Below are positions 38,350 to 51,570 of a stretch of 64,000 bases of DNA, piece by piece. A model generated the notes under the pieces. It ran no database searches and was not told where the DNA came from. It saw nothing but the letters and a program-made list of their open reading frames with translations. Numbering within the stretch: position 1 is the stretch's first letter; every line of letters begins with the position of its first letter. This stretch comes from Chara braunii (lineage: Eukaryota > Plantae > Charophyceae). The position numbers and the translations under genes are program-made. The DNA is taken from NCBI GenBank assembly GCA_003427395.1, contig BFEA01000029.1, positions 2,148,951-2,212,950 of the forward strand, read 5' to 3'.

Positions 38350-39680
38350 TAGAGAGCTGTCTGGCCGTTTTCTGATGGCTGTGACATCGTTTGGACGGTA
38401 GTGCGCCGAAGGAGAACCGCACAATCTCGAAAGCAACTCTCGAAAATGCACCTTCGAGAGAGGCAGTTGGCCCGCGGTGGGACCACAGCCTCCGCCAGCA
38501 GGCGCATACTACAGTCTTCCCCCCGAACAGGGCCGCGCCCTGATAACGAATGTATACAAGCCATCTTTGCCGGTCTCTGCAGCAAAAATGAGGAAGGTTT
38601 CTGCCCAGCAACCGTCACCGCACCCTGATAAGGAATGTATACAAGCCATCTTTGCGGGTCGGTGCAGCAAAAATGAGGAAGGCTTCTGCCCAAAGCGAGA
38701 CAAACCGTTCTAGAGGATTTCTGCATTTGGACGGGCACCGACGCTTCGTTCAGTGGGTCCATCCGCCGCTGCTCCCATGCGCCTCCCCGGTTCCCCGGAC
38801 ACTCCGCCAGCCATTCACGAACCAGGGACATGACACGGAACAGCCCCAGACCTGCGGAAGCTACCAGACATGCGTGTGCTATGTGGCGAAGGGCCCTTTT
38901 CTCTCGAAAGCCGCCCTCTCGAAAAGTTCTGATTCTGACAGCCCTCGAATTTTTTCGAGATTCGAGAGTGGTGTGGCGAGGCCCTTTCGAGTGGGCCGTG
39001 AGATGTTCAGATCGGATGGCAGGTACCAGTGCCTGCTCGAAATCAAGCCCGCTGCTACTGGGACTTCGCCCCGAATGACCGATGCATCTGGCAAGTCTCT
39101 GCGGGAACGTGCGCCCGTGCTTTTCCCGTTTGGACAGTAGGGTGACCAGGAATAATGATGCAACTTTGAGTCTAGATGCAACAATAATGACCGTACGTTG
39201 TATTCGGGCGAAAACAGTAGTTGTGGCCGAGGGAAACGAAACGGGGCCTCGCTCCACAATGAACTTCGCGCTATAACATGGCCAGATGCGCCCGCCACAT
39301 TTTTGTCGTTTTCACATTTCGAGAGTGGTGTGGCGAGGCCCTGAATCTTCTGCTAGAACATGGTACGGCAAACTGCGTGTCGTACTCAACCAGTTATCCT
39401 TTTCCTTTTTTCTTTTCCCTTTTTTGCGCTCTGATTCACAATGTGACAATATATTTTTAATGATCTCAACCAGTTAGCCATCACTACCATGCCCCGCTAA
39501 TGGGAATTTTTAATTTGTTTAGGAAAGAAAAAATAAACAAAATTTAGTTTAGTTTTCGACGAGTATTTTCCAACGTGGCCACAGTGCGGCCGTGAGATTC
39601 TGAGATCGGATGGCACGAAGTCGTACGTGGCCACAGTGCGGCCGTGAGATTCTCAGATCGGATGGCACGAAGTCGTGCGT
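38350..39680. repeat. Dispersed non-coding repeat family, with related pieces at about 7600-7770, 35640-36060 and 56330-56570
   Basis: Shared blocks gggcctcgctcca and gccgtgagatgttcagatcggatggca occur in both orientations. There are internal 78-bp and 52-bp tandem duplications. Confidence 0.8.
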
Positions 39681-40207
39681 GCTGAAAAGTTAGTCTGAAC
39701 GTGGCAGCAAGCCATGGGCGCGGGGCATATTCGTCCATTGGCGCCTTTCCATCGGGCGGGAGGTTTGGGGCGGAGAAGACCGAAGCTCGAGGGCATGTGC
39801 GGCCCTTGCTGTGTCTCTCGTCGAGGCTGAAACTTTGCGGAGAAGTTTCCGAGAAATCGTTCGATTTGCCGGTTGACGCAGCGCGCGTTGTCAGCCCGCC
39901 AGTGGAACATTTCCGCCATCGCGGCTGTCGCCTCACCGCTTTTGTTCGGCAATTTTTTTATAAGGACAGCAATTTCCGAAGGTAAGCAGGAAATGAATGC
40001 GTCGTCTTCCACCCCCTGCTCTTCTTCTTGGTAAGCTTTGCATGTGCCATCGTTTATCCCTGTCACTCTCCCTTTGTCCCACCCAAGGTCACCACCTCAC
40101 ACACCTAGAGGTCGGTCCCACGCTATCAGCCCCTCACACGCGGCGGACGATTGGGGTGGAGAACACGGGTGTGTTGGACGACCCTCACTCACAAGTTCCC
40201 TCTGTCT

Positions 40208-40299
<92 letters not shown>

Positions 40300-40318
40300 N
40301 NNNNNNNNNNNNNNNNNN

Positions 40319-40391
<73 letters not shown>

Positions 40392-40809
40392 GCTCTGCGC
40401 TCAAGGTTTGTCTTTCCGTAGACCAGCTATGAGCAATTGGCCACTCCATCGATCACTCTTGGCGCCCTCTTTTTCGGCGTGGCCTCACGGCACGCCGTTG
40501 CGCTCCTCCTCTACCCTCGTGCGCTGCCGCCTGGCTTGGCCCCGTTCTCTCGGCTGGTGTTCTCCGAGCCTTCCACGTGTTTCAAGTGCAAGCGCGCTGC
40601 ACGTCGCGCCTTCGAGTTGGCGCCGTGCTTGATCTGCTTAAAAAAAAAAATAAAAAAAATCTTTGATCTGCGTTTTTTCAAATCAATCTTTGATCTGCTT
40701 TTTTTTAACAATCTTTTTACAGCAATAACGAAACTAATGAGCCTTTTGCGTTGCGCTCCATCGACTCTTGTATTCTGAGGAGAAAACACGTTCGAGCCTC
40801 GTCTTGCTC

Positions 40810-41260
40810 TCTTGCCACTTTCCCCCCGTCTTCCGCCATTTCCTTCTCCTTTCCCCGCCCCCTTTCCGCCCTCTTTCCGCCCCTCTTCTCCTCTCCTCTT
40901 GTTTTACCAAATCTGCCGGCGAATGAATCCGCCATTTCCTTGTCCTTTCCACACCCCGTTTCCGCCCTCTTTCCGCCCCCTTCCACCCCCTCTCCGCCCT
41001 TCTTCTTGTTTTACCACATGTGCTGGCGAATGAATACGCCATTTCCTTCTCCTTTCCGTGCCCCCTTTCCACCCTCTTTCCGCCCCTTCTACCCCTCTTC
41101 TCCTCTCCTCTTTGTTTTAACACATCTGCCGCCGAATGAATCCGCCCTTTCTTTCTCCTTTCCTTCTCCTTTCCGCGCTCCCTTTCCGCCCTCTGTCCGC
41201 CCCTTTCGCCGCTCTTCTCCTCTCCTCTTGTCTTACCGCGTCTGCCTTCGAATGAATGCG
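40810..41260. repeat. Pyrimidine-rich tandem repeat of about 105-115 bp
   Basis: Recurrent tttccgccctctttccgcccc and gcgaatgaatccgcc. Confidence 0.8.
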
Positions 41261-42446
41261 TGCAATGAACGCGGAAGGTACGAGTGCCTGTCCCCCAAAA
41301 CTAACCGAAAATTTTAAAAAGGGTAACGAATGCAATGCACGGGAAAGGGAGCGAACGAAAAATTGGATCGGCCAATGAACTGAAAAAAAAAAAGAAAAGA
41401 AGAAAGAATGATGATTGATGATTGGACTTTAACTTAGTGATTGGACGAATCGAATGGACAGAACTGAATGTACTGACGACTGAAACCAAAGTCGTGAAAC
41501 TGGAAAGATCGGTTGGTAGAATGGATTCGGTTGTTTTTTGGGTTCATTTTGCTTATTTTTATTCATTTTTTTTGCTATTTTTTGTTCATTTTGCTGACTT
41601 TTTTCATTCATTTTTCTATTACTGGTAAGTGTAATCCATTTAATTAGTATAATATTGCAAATCAAAATCTACTATAAACGAGTAAATATATCATTAAATA
41701 GCATACTTGCCCTATGCGAATGCGCTGGCTTTCACTTCCTTGTGGCACCGGCCATTGAAGGAGGAGACCGGCGACAGATTGAAATTAGAGTCGCATTCTG
41801 CGATGCCGTGGCGCTCAAGCTGAACGCGTACATGCGATGCGCCAGGAGGACACGCTTTTAGTTCTCTTTCCTTTCTCTCTTTACCTACATCCACGCGGGA
41901 GGCCTTGTACGCAAGAGGTTCTGAACAGGGGGAGTCTTGTAAGGAAGAAGATTTTAAATAAATGAAAGTATTTTTCTTTTTTTTTTTCTGTTTTCCTTTC
42001 GCTTTTGCGCTCTGACAACTTTGTGACAATATATATCGGGCAGCCAGCGCTCAACCTGTCATCCACGTGGCTGGTCTTGTACGTTAGAGGTGATGAACAG
42101 GCGGAGCTTTCCTTCCTCCTTTCCTTTTTTTGGTTTTGTCTCTTTTCGCCTTTGCGCTCCGATTTACAGTGTGACAATATATCGTCAAACAGATATGTAC
42201 GCGTGTGTACGTATCTATATGTGCGTGTACCTGGTCATAGAGAACTGCTCGATGCAGCATAGGCAGAAATGGAGAATATGATACAGGAACGGAGGGCTTT
42301 TACTTGTCCTCCCTCTCTCTCCATGTGTGCATGTATATAGGCAAATATAATATATATATTATTTGTATGTATATATATCGTCGAACAGAGCTGCCCAGTA
42401 AACCGTAGGTAGAGAGGGAGAAGTGGACAACAAACGAGGGGTTGTG

Positions 42447-42496
42447 ACAAACTGTTTCGTCGGACTTTTACCGACTCATCAGGAGGCTGATTCCTA
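42447..42496 (-). ncRNA. Hammerhead ribozyme core, 5'-truncated near the predicted cleavage site, within a short repeat (42375-42496)
   Basis: The minus strand reads AGG-AATCAG-CCTC-CTGATGA-GTCGG-TAAAAGT-CCGAC-GAAA-CAGTTTGT. Confidence 0.8.
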
Positions 42497-42941
42497 TATG
42501 TATATGTATATATATAAAAAACTGTCCTCGTGTTTCTTATTTTCTCTCGTTTTTGACGTGTCCACTTTCACCCTTCTTTTGAACGTTGCTGACGTGGGAG
42601 CATGTTTCCCGCCATTTTAAAGTCGAAAGATTACGGCGGGAAACTCGTCTGAAGTCTAGTGACACCCCGACCTGACCCTCAAGGAAGTACAGTAATAAAT
42701 GAATAAAAGACAGCGGAAAGGTATGATCACAAACAAAGAGAGAGAGAGAGAGAGAGATTCCAGGGCGTCTTGGAATGGCACGTGGAGGGAAAGTGGACGT
42801 ACATTATTTTTTTAAATTATAGTTGAGCTAAACGATGCAACAAACAAATTGCGTCCGCAGCTGGATTGTGGGCCGCAATATTATTGCCTTTTTTTGGTGA
42901 AAAAAATTGCGGGCCTTTTTTCTTTGTGTTTTTTTTTTTTA

Positions 42942-43060
42942 AGGTACAGCACGGGGATTTCCCTGGAAGTCACCCATCCCAGTAATATTCCGGCCCAACG
43001 GCGCTTCGCTTCCGAGCTCGGATGGGATCGGGCGCATCAGCCGTTGTATGACCGTACCGT
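42942..43060 (-). rRNA. 5S: Full-length 5S rRNA copy, 119 nt (possibly a pseudogene)
   Basis: The minus strand reads ACGGTACGGTCATACAACGGCTGATGCGCCCGATCCCATCCGAGCTCGGAAGCGAAGCGCCGTTGGGCCGGAATATTACTGGGATGGGTGACTTCCAGGGAAATCCCCGTGCTGTACCT. It is followed by an A-run, not a T terminator. Confidence 0.93.
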
Positions 43061-43074
43061 AAAAATAAAAAAAA

Positions 43075-43116
43075 GGACCATTCCTCGATTTATTCGTGTC
43101 GCCCTTGCGCAGGGCC
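43075..43116 (-). pseudogene. U6: U6 snRNA 3' half, immediately upstream of the 5S copy
   Basis: ggaccattcctcgatttattcgtgtcgcccttgcgcagggcc is the reverse complement of the U6 3' half. Confidence 0.85.
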
Positions 43117-44193
43117 TTTTTTTTTTGCAAAAAAGAGTTTCTGGGGTTTTTGTGTGCGTTTCAGTGGGTATATTTGTGTAGGTATATTTCATTTTTTGGG
43201 TTTATCCCCGTCTTCGTATTTTGTGTTGACGTCCTTCTTGTTTTTGGTGATGGAGCGAAAAGGCGGTTTGCGGTAGGGTTTGCTTTTTTTTTTTTTTTGT
43301 TGGGTTTCCGTGTTACCGTTTGTCACATTTTTGTTTGTTTTCTTACTTCCGTTTCATTTCTTTTTTTAATTCTTTTCTCGATCCCCGCTCGTTTTTCTTT
43401 AGGGCATACATTATGTATTCGCAGTAGGGCTTTCTGCTGCAGAACTGGTCGTATTTACGGCTAGATACACCCAGGAAATCCGTAGTGTGAGTATATGCGC
43501 GTACGTGGTGGCCTTGTCTGTTCTCTCTTCTCTGTCATCATTTCCCCCCTCTCTTTTCTCCTGTGCTATATTAGTCTTGTTCGTAGTCTTGTTTCTGCTT
43601 TTTCTCTCTTTGTTTTTTTTTTTTGCCGCCTTTTTTCCCCCCTCCCATCTTGCTGTCCCTCCATCTTCCCCTCTTGTTTTTTTACTCTTCTTCTTGTCTT
43701 TTCCCTTTTCTCTGTATTTCTCTTCTTTGCCCTTACTTTTGTGCCATTTCCTCCTTTTGCGATCGTCCTCAACTTTTTTTTTTCCCCCTTTTTCGGCTTT
43801 TTCTCATCTGTTTTTGCTGTCCCGACCAACCCCCTCTTCCCCCCACCCACAAAAAAATAAAATAAAAAAATCTTGCTTCCCCTACATCTTCTTCCTTTTC
43901 TTATTGGTCTTTTGGCCTCCACCCCTTTCCTATTTTTGCTCTTCTCCCTTGACTTTTTTTTTCCCTCATTTCCTTTTTTTGTGCTGCTCCTCCTCTCCTC
44001 CTCTTTCTCCTGCTCCTCCTCTTTCTCTCCTCTTCCTCGTTTTCTCCTTCTCTTCTTCCTCCTCTTCATCCTCTTCTTCTTCCACTTCCTCCTCCTCCAT
44101 CACTTTTTTTTTTGTGAAACAGCACGACGATCTGACACGACTACGCTTCAATGTTTGAGGAAGAAGACGATAACTTCTTTTTTTTTGTTTTTC

Positions 44194-44307
44194 GGACCAT
44201 TTCTCCATTTTATGCCTGTCATCCTTGCGCTGGGGCCATGCTAATCTTTTTTTTTTTTTTTTTTTTAATGTATCGTTCCAATCTTTTTACGGAACGTCCC
44301 GAAGTGC
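44194..44307 (-). pseudogene. U6: Degenerate U6 snRNA copy with a homopolymer replacing the ACAGAGA region
   Basis: ggaccatttctccattttatgcctgtcatccttgcgctggggccatgctaatc(T)n aatgtatcgttccaat...cccgaag. Confidence 0.9.
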
Positions 44308-45722
44308 AGTCAGAAAATGTTTGGGGTGGGCGCCAAGACCATAAAGTCAACCCCGAGCGGACTCGGACCGTCTCTGTAGCGCTGAGGACGCGCCAATCAG
44401 AGTTCCTCCACTGTAGCGCAGATTTGCTTGCTCAGTTGCCTCGATGTATACTGTAAGTGCGTACTCGCACAAGGACTTTTTTGCATGTATGTGATTGCAA
44501 TTACCGCCGGTCCTGGGCGGATTTGACCGGAATCCTGGCCATATTCACGTCCAGAGCTGAGTCGAAAAGGTCCTAGTGTGAGTATGCCCTAAGGGGAGCG
44601 AGCAACTGATTCAGCATTGTAATAATCACAGCGAGTCGAACTACTATTGCATACGGTGAAGTGAATCTGGTCAGAATTTCAAGCTTAGTACCGAGTCGTA
44701 GAGGGCAAGTTTCTTATCGCCGCGTTCCTTTTTCTTTTGTGTTTCTCTTCTTATCTTTTTCTTTTTTTTTGGGTCTCTTTGTATTTTTATTACATCGTGA
44801 AGTGAATCTGGTCAGTATTACGAGAGTTTAGCACCTAGTCGCAGAGGGGAAGTCCGCATTGTCCCTTTTCTTTTTCTTTCCCCTTTTTTTTTTTTTTGAT
44901 TTTTTTTCTGATTTGTCTCCTTTTTTTCCCTTTTTTTTCAACTTCTAACTGCGAGTCGACTGAATGTGAGAGTGGGCTGAAAGGCAATGTGCGGGACGAA
45001 TCCTCCTCTCCCTCCTCAACAAGCCACCCGGAATATTTTCTTGTTATTTTATTCCTTTTCTGTTCTTTTTGGAAAAAAGAATCTAGTATTGATGAATAAA
45101 ATAAGTGGCACCAGGAAGGATTCCAATGGTACCTGTTTTTTTTCCCACTCACAACAATTACATGTGTGTACCAGTCAGCCACGTGGGCCGGGTTTAGATA
45201 ATTGCCAGGCGTAAAGAAATATCGACTCGGTGATAATAAACTTTAATTAATGAATTATAAATTATAAGGAATTATAATTTAATTAATTTATCTAGTAATT
45301 GTAATACCTGTTTTCATTAACTTTTCCCCCCTTGGACTTTCGCAGATGTGGTAACAAGCCAACGAAAAGGGCCCAAGTACTGCTTTCTGGCTTTGCTGCT
45401 GCTTGGCGCGCTTTGCTCTTCCCTCCGAGCGTGACAACTGCGTCCCGGCGCCGCTCCTCCACTTACCATCATCTCTTGAGCAATCGACCGATCAAGGAGA
45501 GAGGGAGGGAGGGAGAGAGGGAGAGAGGGAGAGAGGGAGGGAAGGGTTTGATTCCATTACGAAGAAGCCCAATTTACTAAGACGAGGGCCCATTCTTATG
45601 TAAGGTGGAGGTAGGTTCATTTTTGAAGACGAGGCCCCATTTTTCAAGGAAGAAGCTCCGCTCCATTTCAACCCCGCTCCTCCTCCCCTGCCCCCCGCCG
45701 CCCCCGGCAAAGGAGAACGAAG

Positions 45723-48700
45723 ATGGTGGACGTGAGTGATTTGATAGTGCAGTACACGGGATTATCTCCTCTGGCTTTTGTGGCCATCGTTGTGGGTTTG
45801 CTTGGGGCCTTATACCTGCTGCTGGCGAGTAAGGAGGCCCACGCGGGACACCAGCATAAGCGGGCCGGCGTGGCGGTCGCCGCTGCCCCGAAGGAGACTA
45901 TCAAGCTTGGGGACTCTGTAACGGAAGAGGAATTGGAGCAGTACGATGGCAGCGACCCGAGCAAACCTCTTATGTTGGCTTGCAAGGGAGTCATTTACGA
46001 CGTCTCCTCTGGGCGCGACTTCTATGGGCCAGGTGGCCCGTACGACAGCTTCGCTGGACGGTATGTATGTATGTATGTATGTATGTATGTATGTATGTGT
46101 GTATGTGGTATGTATGTATGTATGTATGTATGTATGTGTGTATGTATGTATGTATGTATGTATATGTTGCCAGCTACGATCTTCCCTCTCGCCCTCCCTC
46201 CCTCTCTCCCTCTCTCCCTCTCTCCTTGATCGGTGGATGGAGGGTTTGTGTCGTCCGTTAAACCAACCACCAGTTTCACACGAAGCGAAGTAGTGTAGTT
46301 TGCTCTTATTAGCGATATATGTGGTAGGAGCTGCTTTTTTTTTTTTCTTTTTTTTTTTTTGGTTGTTGTTGCGGTAAGAGGATTTCGATTCGTGCCAGGG
46401 ACCGTAGTGAAAGCAGCAGACCACTTTGAAACGGCGGATCCCACTGGCAGAAACGATTGGAGATAAGTGTCTGAATCTGGACGTGTTCCACACAGATTAA
46501 TTGGCGATTCGTAACTGATTAATGCTTGCGACCCTGCCTTGTGGGAAGGTAGCTTAGTCGTCGTGAACTTGAGGCCAGATCCCACTGGCAGAAACGGTTG
46601 GAGATAAGTGTCTGAATCTGGACATGTTCCACACAGAGATGCGGAAAAGCAGATCCATCACAGTTTTTCGCACCTGTCCACCAACATGTCCAGATTCAGG
46701 CAGTCGTTCCTATCGTTTTTGCCAGTGGGATGTCGCCCTTAAGCTCGTGCTAACTGGCGGCTTGACGTCCGTCCATCTGTTCAATCAGTCCACCATCTAT
46801 CCATCCATCTAATCCATCTATACATCCATCTATACATCCATCTATCAGTCGGTTGATCCATTCATCACTCAATCCATCCGACCGCCCGACCGTCTTTTAT
46901 CGGATCCAATCTTATCTAATCTTGTCCAATCTTATCATCCACTCATCCGTTTTTTCATATACTCGCATTTAGTTGTGTCCCTTCAATACCAACTCATCAC
47001 GTTTTATGGCGTCCAATTCAATCTCCTTTACACGTAGCAGCGTCCATTCAATCCCATCTGAAATGTCACCCGACCTCATCCAATCACATTTAATAGTGTC
47101 CATTCAATCCCATGGATCTGTCGATCCATCCACTCATCCACCTGTCCGTCACTTCACCCATCGATCAATTCATTCGTCCATCCATCATAATATATATGAA
47201 TATAATGTGTATATGAATGTGTAATAATCTTATCCGTTGGCATCGGATGGTGGCGAATGTCATCCAATGCGCATTCATCATGTCCTGTTCCGTTCAATCA
47301 CATCCATCCGTCCATCCATCCATCTGCCGCCTTATCCACTTGCCTAACCGATCCCATTCCATTTCAAGCTATATCCAGTCTCGTTCGATCCTTCTCCTCC
47401 ATCCCGTGCAATCCGGCCCCATCTGATCCCATCTAATCATATGCAGTACTGAATCTACTGATCTGTTCTCATCCAAGCAAGCCCATCCATTCCCATCCAT
47501 TCCCATCCATTCCCATCCATTCAATTCCTCCGGGAATCCGGTCGCATTTAATGGCCCTTGCGATTCCATCCAGTCCATTCATCATCTCATCCAATCGCAT
47601 CCAGTTGCATCCAATCTCGTGCGATGGCATCCAATCTAATGCAACCCAATGCAGATCCATCCGATTCCATCCAGTTGGATTCAATCCCACCATCCGATGG
47701 CACCCGATCGTTTATCCACCAATTCCATTCTGACCATCCGATCCAATCCTGGTGCCAATCGGATCCAATCTCCTTCAATCGTATGTAATTCCTTGGGTCC
47801 ATCCGTCCAACCCCGTCCTGTCCTCTCCTGTCCCCTCCCCTCCCCTCCCCTCCAACCCGATCTGAACCAATACCAGTCAATGCCATCCATCTGCTATCCT
47901 CTAGTTCTCATCTAATCTCGTCTACTCATGTCGTCCACTCGCACCCAATGCCATCCAATCTTACCCTCTCTGATGCATCTTATCCCATCTTATCCCATCT
48001 TATGCAATCACATCCGATGGTGTCCGTGTGAAGTGGTCTTCCGCATTCCTATTGTGGATGTGGAGCGTTTTGTGGCAGGGTTGGGGTAGGGGAGGAGGAG
48101 GGGGGGGAGAGTTCTCGTCGTTTGCACTTACACTTCTCTGGNNNNNNNNNNNNNNNNNNNNNNNNNNNNNNNNNNNNNNNNNNNNNNNNNNNNNNNNNNN
48201 NNNNNNNNNNNNNNNNNNNNNGGGGGGGGGGGGGGGGGGGGGGGGGTTGTAGGTGGATATGTGTGATTGTTTTGTTTGACTTGCTTTCTATTGCACGGAA
48301 CCTTGGCAATGACGGGCTGCTAAGGCTTTTCTATTTTTTATTTTTATTTTTTTGCAGGGATGCAAGCCGGGCACTCGCAAAAATGTCATCTGAACCAGAA
48401 GATCTTACAGGCAACCTGGACGGTTTATCGCTGGCTGAGCTGGAAAGGCTGGACACCTGGGCTGCGGTGAGTTGTTGGTTATTAACTTATTATTGTCCCT
48501 TTATTATCCTTTCGTGTTTATCCTTTTTGTGCGTCTTTCTTAAACCATCACCACTACATCTCACAGTGTTGGGAATATAACCTGTACCGCGTTCTTCCGG
48601 GACCGGGCTGCCATTGATGAATTTCATAGGCTGCCATTTGGCGGCCATTGATGAATTTCATAGGCGGCCCTTTGTTCCGTTACTGCCTGCCTCGGGAACT

Positions 48701-51570
48701 CGTGGGGGGGGAACTCACCTGCTGAATATGTATGGGAAAGGTAGGTAGTGCTGGTGGTGGTGGTTTTCAATTTGGGAAAAAAGGTCCAAACAGAAAGGAA
48801 AAGGGAAGATCCCGACTTTTCTGCTTGTCATGCGGGACCCTTTTCCTTGCAACAATTATGTGTAAGATGAAAGCCTTTTTTTTTTTCTTTTTTTTTTTTG
48901 TGAAAGTATTTCACCTTCTTAGAGCATTTGTGAAAGTATTTCACCTTCTTAGAGCACAAGTACCTTTATCGGTTCGGAAAATAGTGGGCCTCCAACCCTT
49001 TCAGGAGAGGCCGAAATGAAACGATGGCCGCCGATCGGATTTATCAACGGCAGCCGTTGTCGGGCGAGGCCTCCTAAAAGTTGGGTACTTGGCTAAAACT
49101 TGTCGAAACCGAACGACAAAGGTACTAGTGGTTTAAACCTGCCGTGATTCAATCCCGGGACCTGTCGCTGTTGTTGTTGCCTTGCCTGCGTGATGCTGTT
49201 GGAGGTTGAACCCAGGAGCTGGTGTTCGTTTTCCTGTGCCCTCACCTGTTGCTACACTCTGTTGTAATCGTTGATTGTGCTTGTGGAGCCCTCTTGGAAA
49301 CTGAGACCTGCTTTTATGTGTACGTTAAGTCTATGCTTTGTACCATTCATGCAACAAGTGTACCTCCAGCAAGTATCGACAGGTTTCCAAGGGCAACGGG
49401 GGAAGTGGCGGTGCGAAAAACGAAGTCGCAGAATTCGCTTTTGGAGGGTTTGTTCTGCGTGGTGCTGGTGTTTGTGGAAACAAGCAGTGCGCTTTGTGGT
49501 GAAGACGACAGCCATAGCTGGACTAGTAGGGCAATTGAGCTGACATCCGGTAGCTAAAGTGTTTTCTGATCCTTTTGGAGTGGGATGGTGCTGATGGGTC
49601 GGGCGTTTGTGGGAGAGAGCGTTTGTGTGGTGGTGAGTGAGCCGTCGAGTGGGAGCATCACTTCGATGTTGAGGGAGAGGTCCTGTGTAGGAGAGAGAAA
49701 GGAGACATGCTTGAGAAGCTTCAGTGAAGTTTCACTGAAGTTTCAAACGTAGTAGAGATTTGTATCACAAGAAGACTGCGGTGAACTCTGTCTGACCGGC
49801 ATCTGTTTTTGTAGCAGCAAGTGACAGGCTTTGCATTGGGGGAAGCTTCACTGAAGTTTCAAGCTTCTGAATTCGATGCTGTGGTGTAATTGAGCCAGAC
49901 AGGCCTGTTATCTCGAATTCGCAAGTCTGTGTGTGAGCATATTTGTGGGGCTGACCCCACCACACCATAGCTGCACCATCTATAAGCTTGTGCTGTGTGG
50001 TGTACGGTGTGTGACGACCGTAACTCTGAAATTGCATTGAGCTGTGTGGCGATTCGCCAGGAGGAAAGACAAGTTGATTTTCATGTGGTTTGGTCGGCCA
50101 CACCATATCTGCCAGTTCACATGGAAGCACAAATGGAATGATGGATGGATGATGCATGACTGAGGGGGTCTCCTTGCAAAGAGCAAAACGAAACCTGATT
50201 AAACCTGATGACAATGACTCGTACTTGCTTGGTAATCACACCCATGTTTTTTTCCAATTCATCAAACAATGAGTAAATAAAGGCTTGTATGTTCGTTTTT
50301 GTTCTTTCTTTCCTTCTTTTGTTCCTTCTTTCTTTCTTTTAGAATGATTTCCCCCCCCTCGTTTTTTTTTCACATGATATTTTCATTGGGGATGACTAGA
50401 TTGTTTTCACTGCATAAGGCTTGAAGTAACGAAAAACTTTGTATGGCAAACGTGTGTTGCAGAAACAGGCTGCACAAGCTTCCCCCATAACTGCCCCCAA
50501 GTACACCCAGTTGCTCGTTTGCACGGGGTTCTCTCTGGTACTGTGAAATTGCCTCGGCTGATCTCTGATATCAGTCCCCTCAGCCAATTTACTCGTTCGC
50601 CTACCCTTTCACCTTGATCTGTCCGTCTGCTCCATGCTTTGGCGCATGGGAAAATAGTGGGCCTCCAGTGGGCCCCCGACCTTTTCGGAGGCCGGGGGCC
50701 GAAACGAAACGACGGCCGCCGATCAGATTTATCAATGGCAGCCGTCGTCGGGTCCGGCCTCCGAAACTTTAGGAGTTTGGGAAAACGTCCACTTTGACGT
50801 TCCTTGCTGCAATTTTGGCGCTTTTTTTTTTCTTTTTTTTTAAAGCTGAAATTGTCCGGGCTTACCGGGTTCCCACCAGTAGGACCTGACGATTTCGGTC
50901 TAAAAAAACGCCTCCAAGTTAAACCGCCAGGAACGTCAAAGTTAAACCACCAGTACGGTTCGGCCCAGCTATTGATGCCGAGCCGGGACACGCCCTCCGC
51001 GCCAAGTTTTGCCGAGCCGCGGGGGCACCGTTTCGTTTTCATTTTGGCTGGCGCTTCCAGCCATTGCGGTTCGGTGCCCCGAAGCGCACAACTACCGGCG
51101 CGGTAACGGGAATCGCCCGCGGCCGATAGCTGGGCCAAGTACTGGTAGCTTAAATGCCGAAAGGGGGAGGATTTTGTTGCATGGAGGGATCCCTGTTGTG
51201 CGATCTCGGGGGTATTTTGGTCATTGCGTGGTTTTCGAACACACTTGAGAGCCCCCCCTCAAGAAATCCCTGAGGTTCCAAACTTTGGCTGGTCGTGTTC
51301 CTGCCATTCATGATGGCTTAGGGTTGTAGTTAACTAATTAATTAATTAATTAATTAAGTTTGTCGTTCATTAAATTAAATAAATGTAGTAGCGTTTGTTC
51401 GTATCCAGTTCCTGCATGTCTGATATCGAGTGCTTTTGTGCTTTCTCTCTTTTTCTGTTTTGTAGAAATTCGACGAGAAGTACCCTGTTGCTGGCAGAAT
51501 GAAGAGCGCCACCAAGGAGGAGGAGAAGTCCGCCGTGCCAGAAAATGCACATGAAAATGGAAGCTCCTAG
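45723..51570 (+). CDS. Membrane steroid/heme-binding protein (MAPR/MSBP family, cytochrome b5-like domain), 183 aa; exons 45723-46060, 48358-48466, 51466-51570
   Basis: N-terminal TM helix, then TEEELEQYDGSDPSKPLMLACKGVIYDVSSGRDFYGPGGPYDSFAGR|DASRALAKMS...LDTWAA|KFDEKYPVAG. GT-AG introns have compatible phases, and the stop TAG is at 51568-51570. Confidence 0.95.
46440..46731. repeat. Intronic MITE-like inverted repeat with a duplicated left arm
   Basis: cccactggcagaaacg...tctgaatctggac occurs at 46440 and 46581, with an inverted copy at about 46684-46731. Confidence 0.7.
46790..48010. repeat. Degenerate (CATCC/ATCCA)n low-complexity tract in intron 1
   Basis: Directly visible. Confidence 0.8.

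Noticed and set aside
43487-44244. Hydrophobic and Lys/Glu-rich ORFs
   Set aside because: They are translations of T/C-rich low-complexity spacer.
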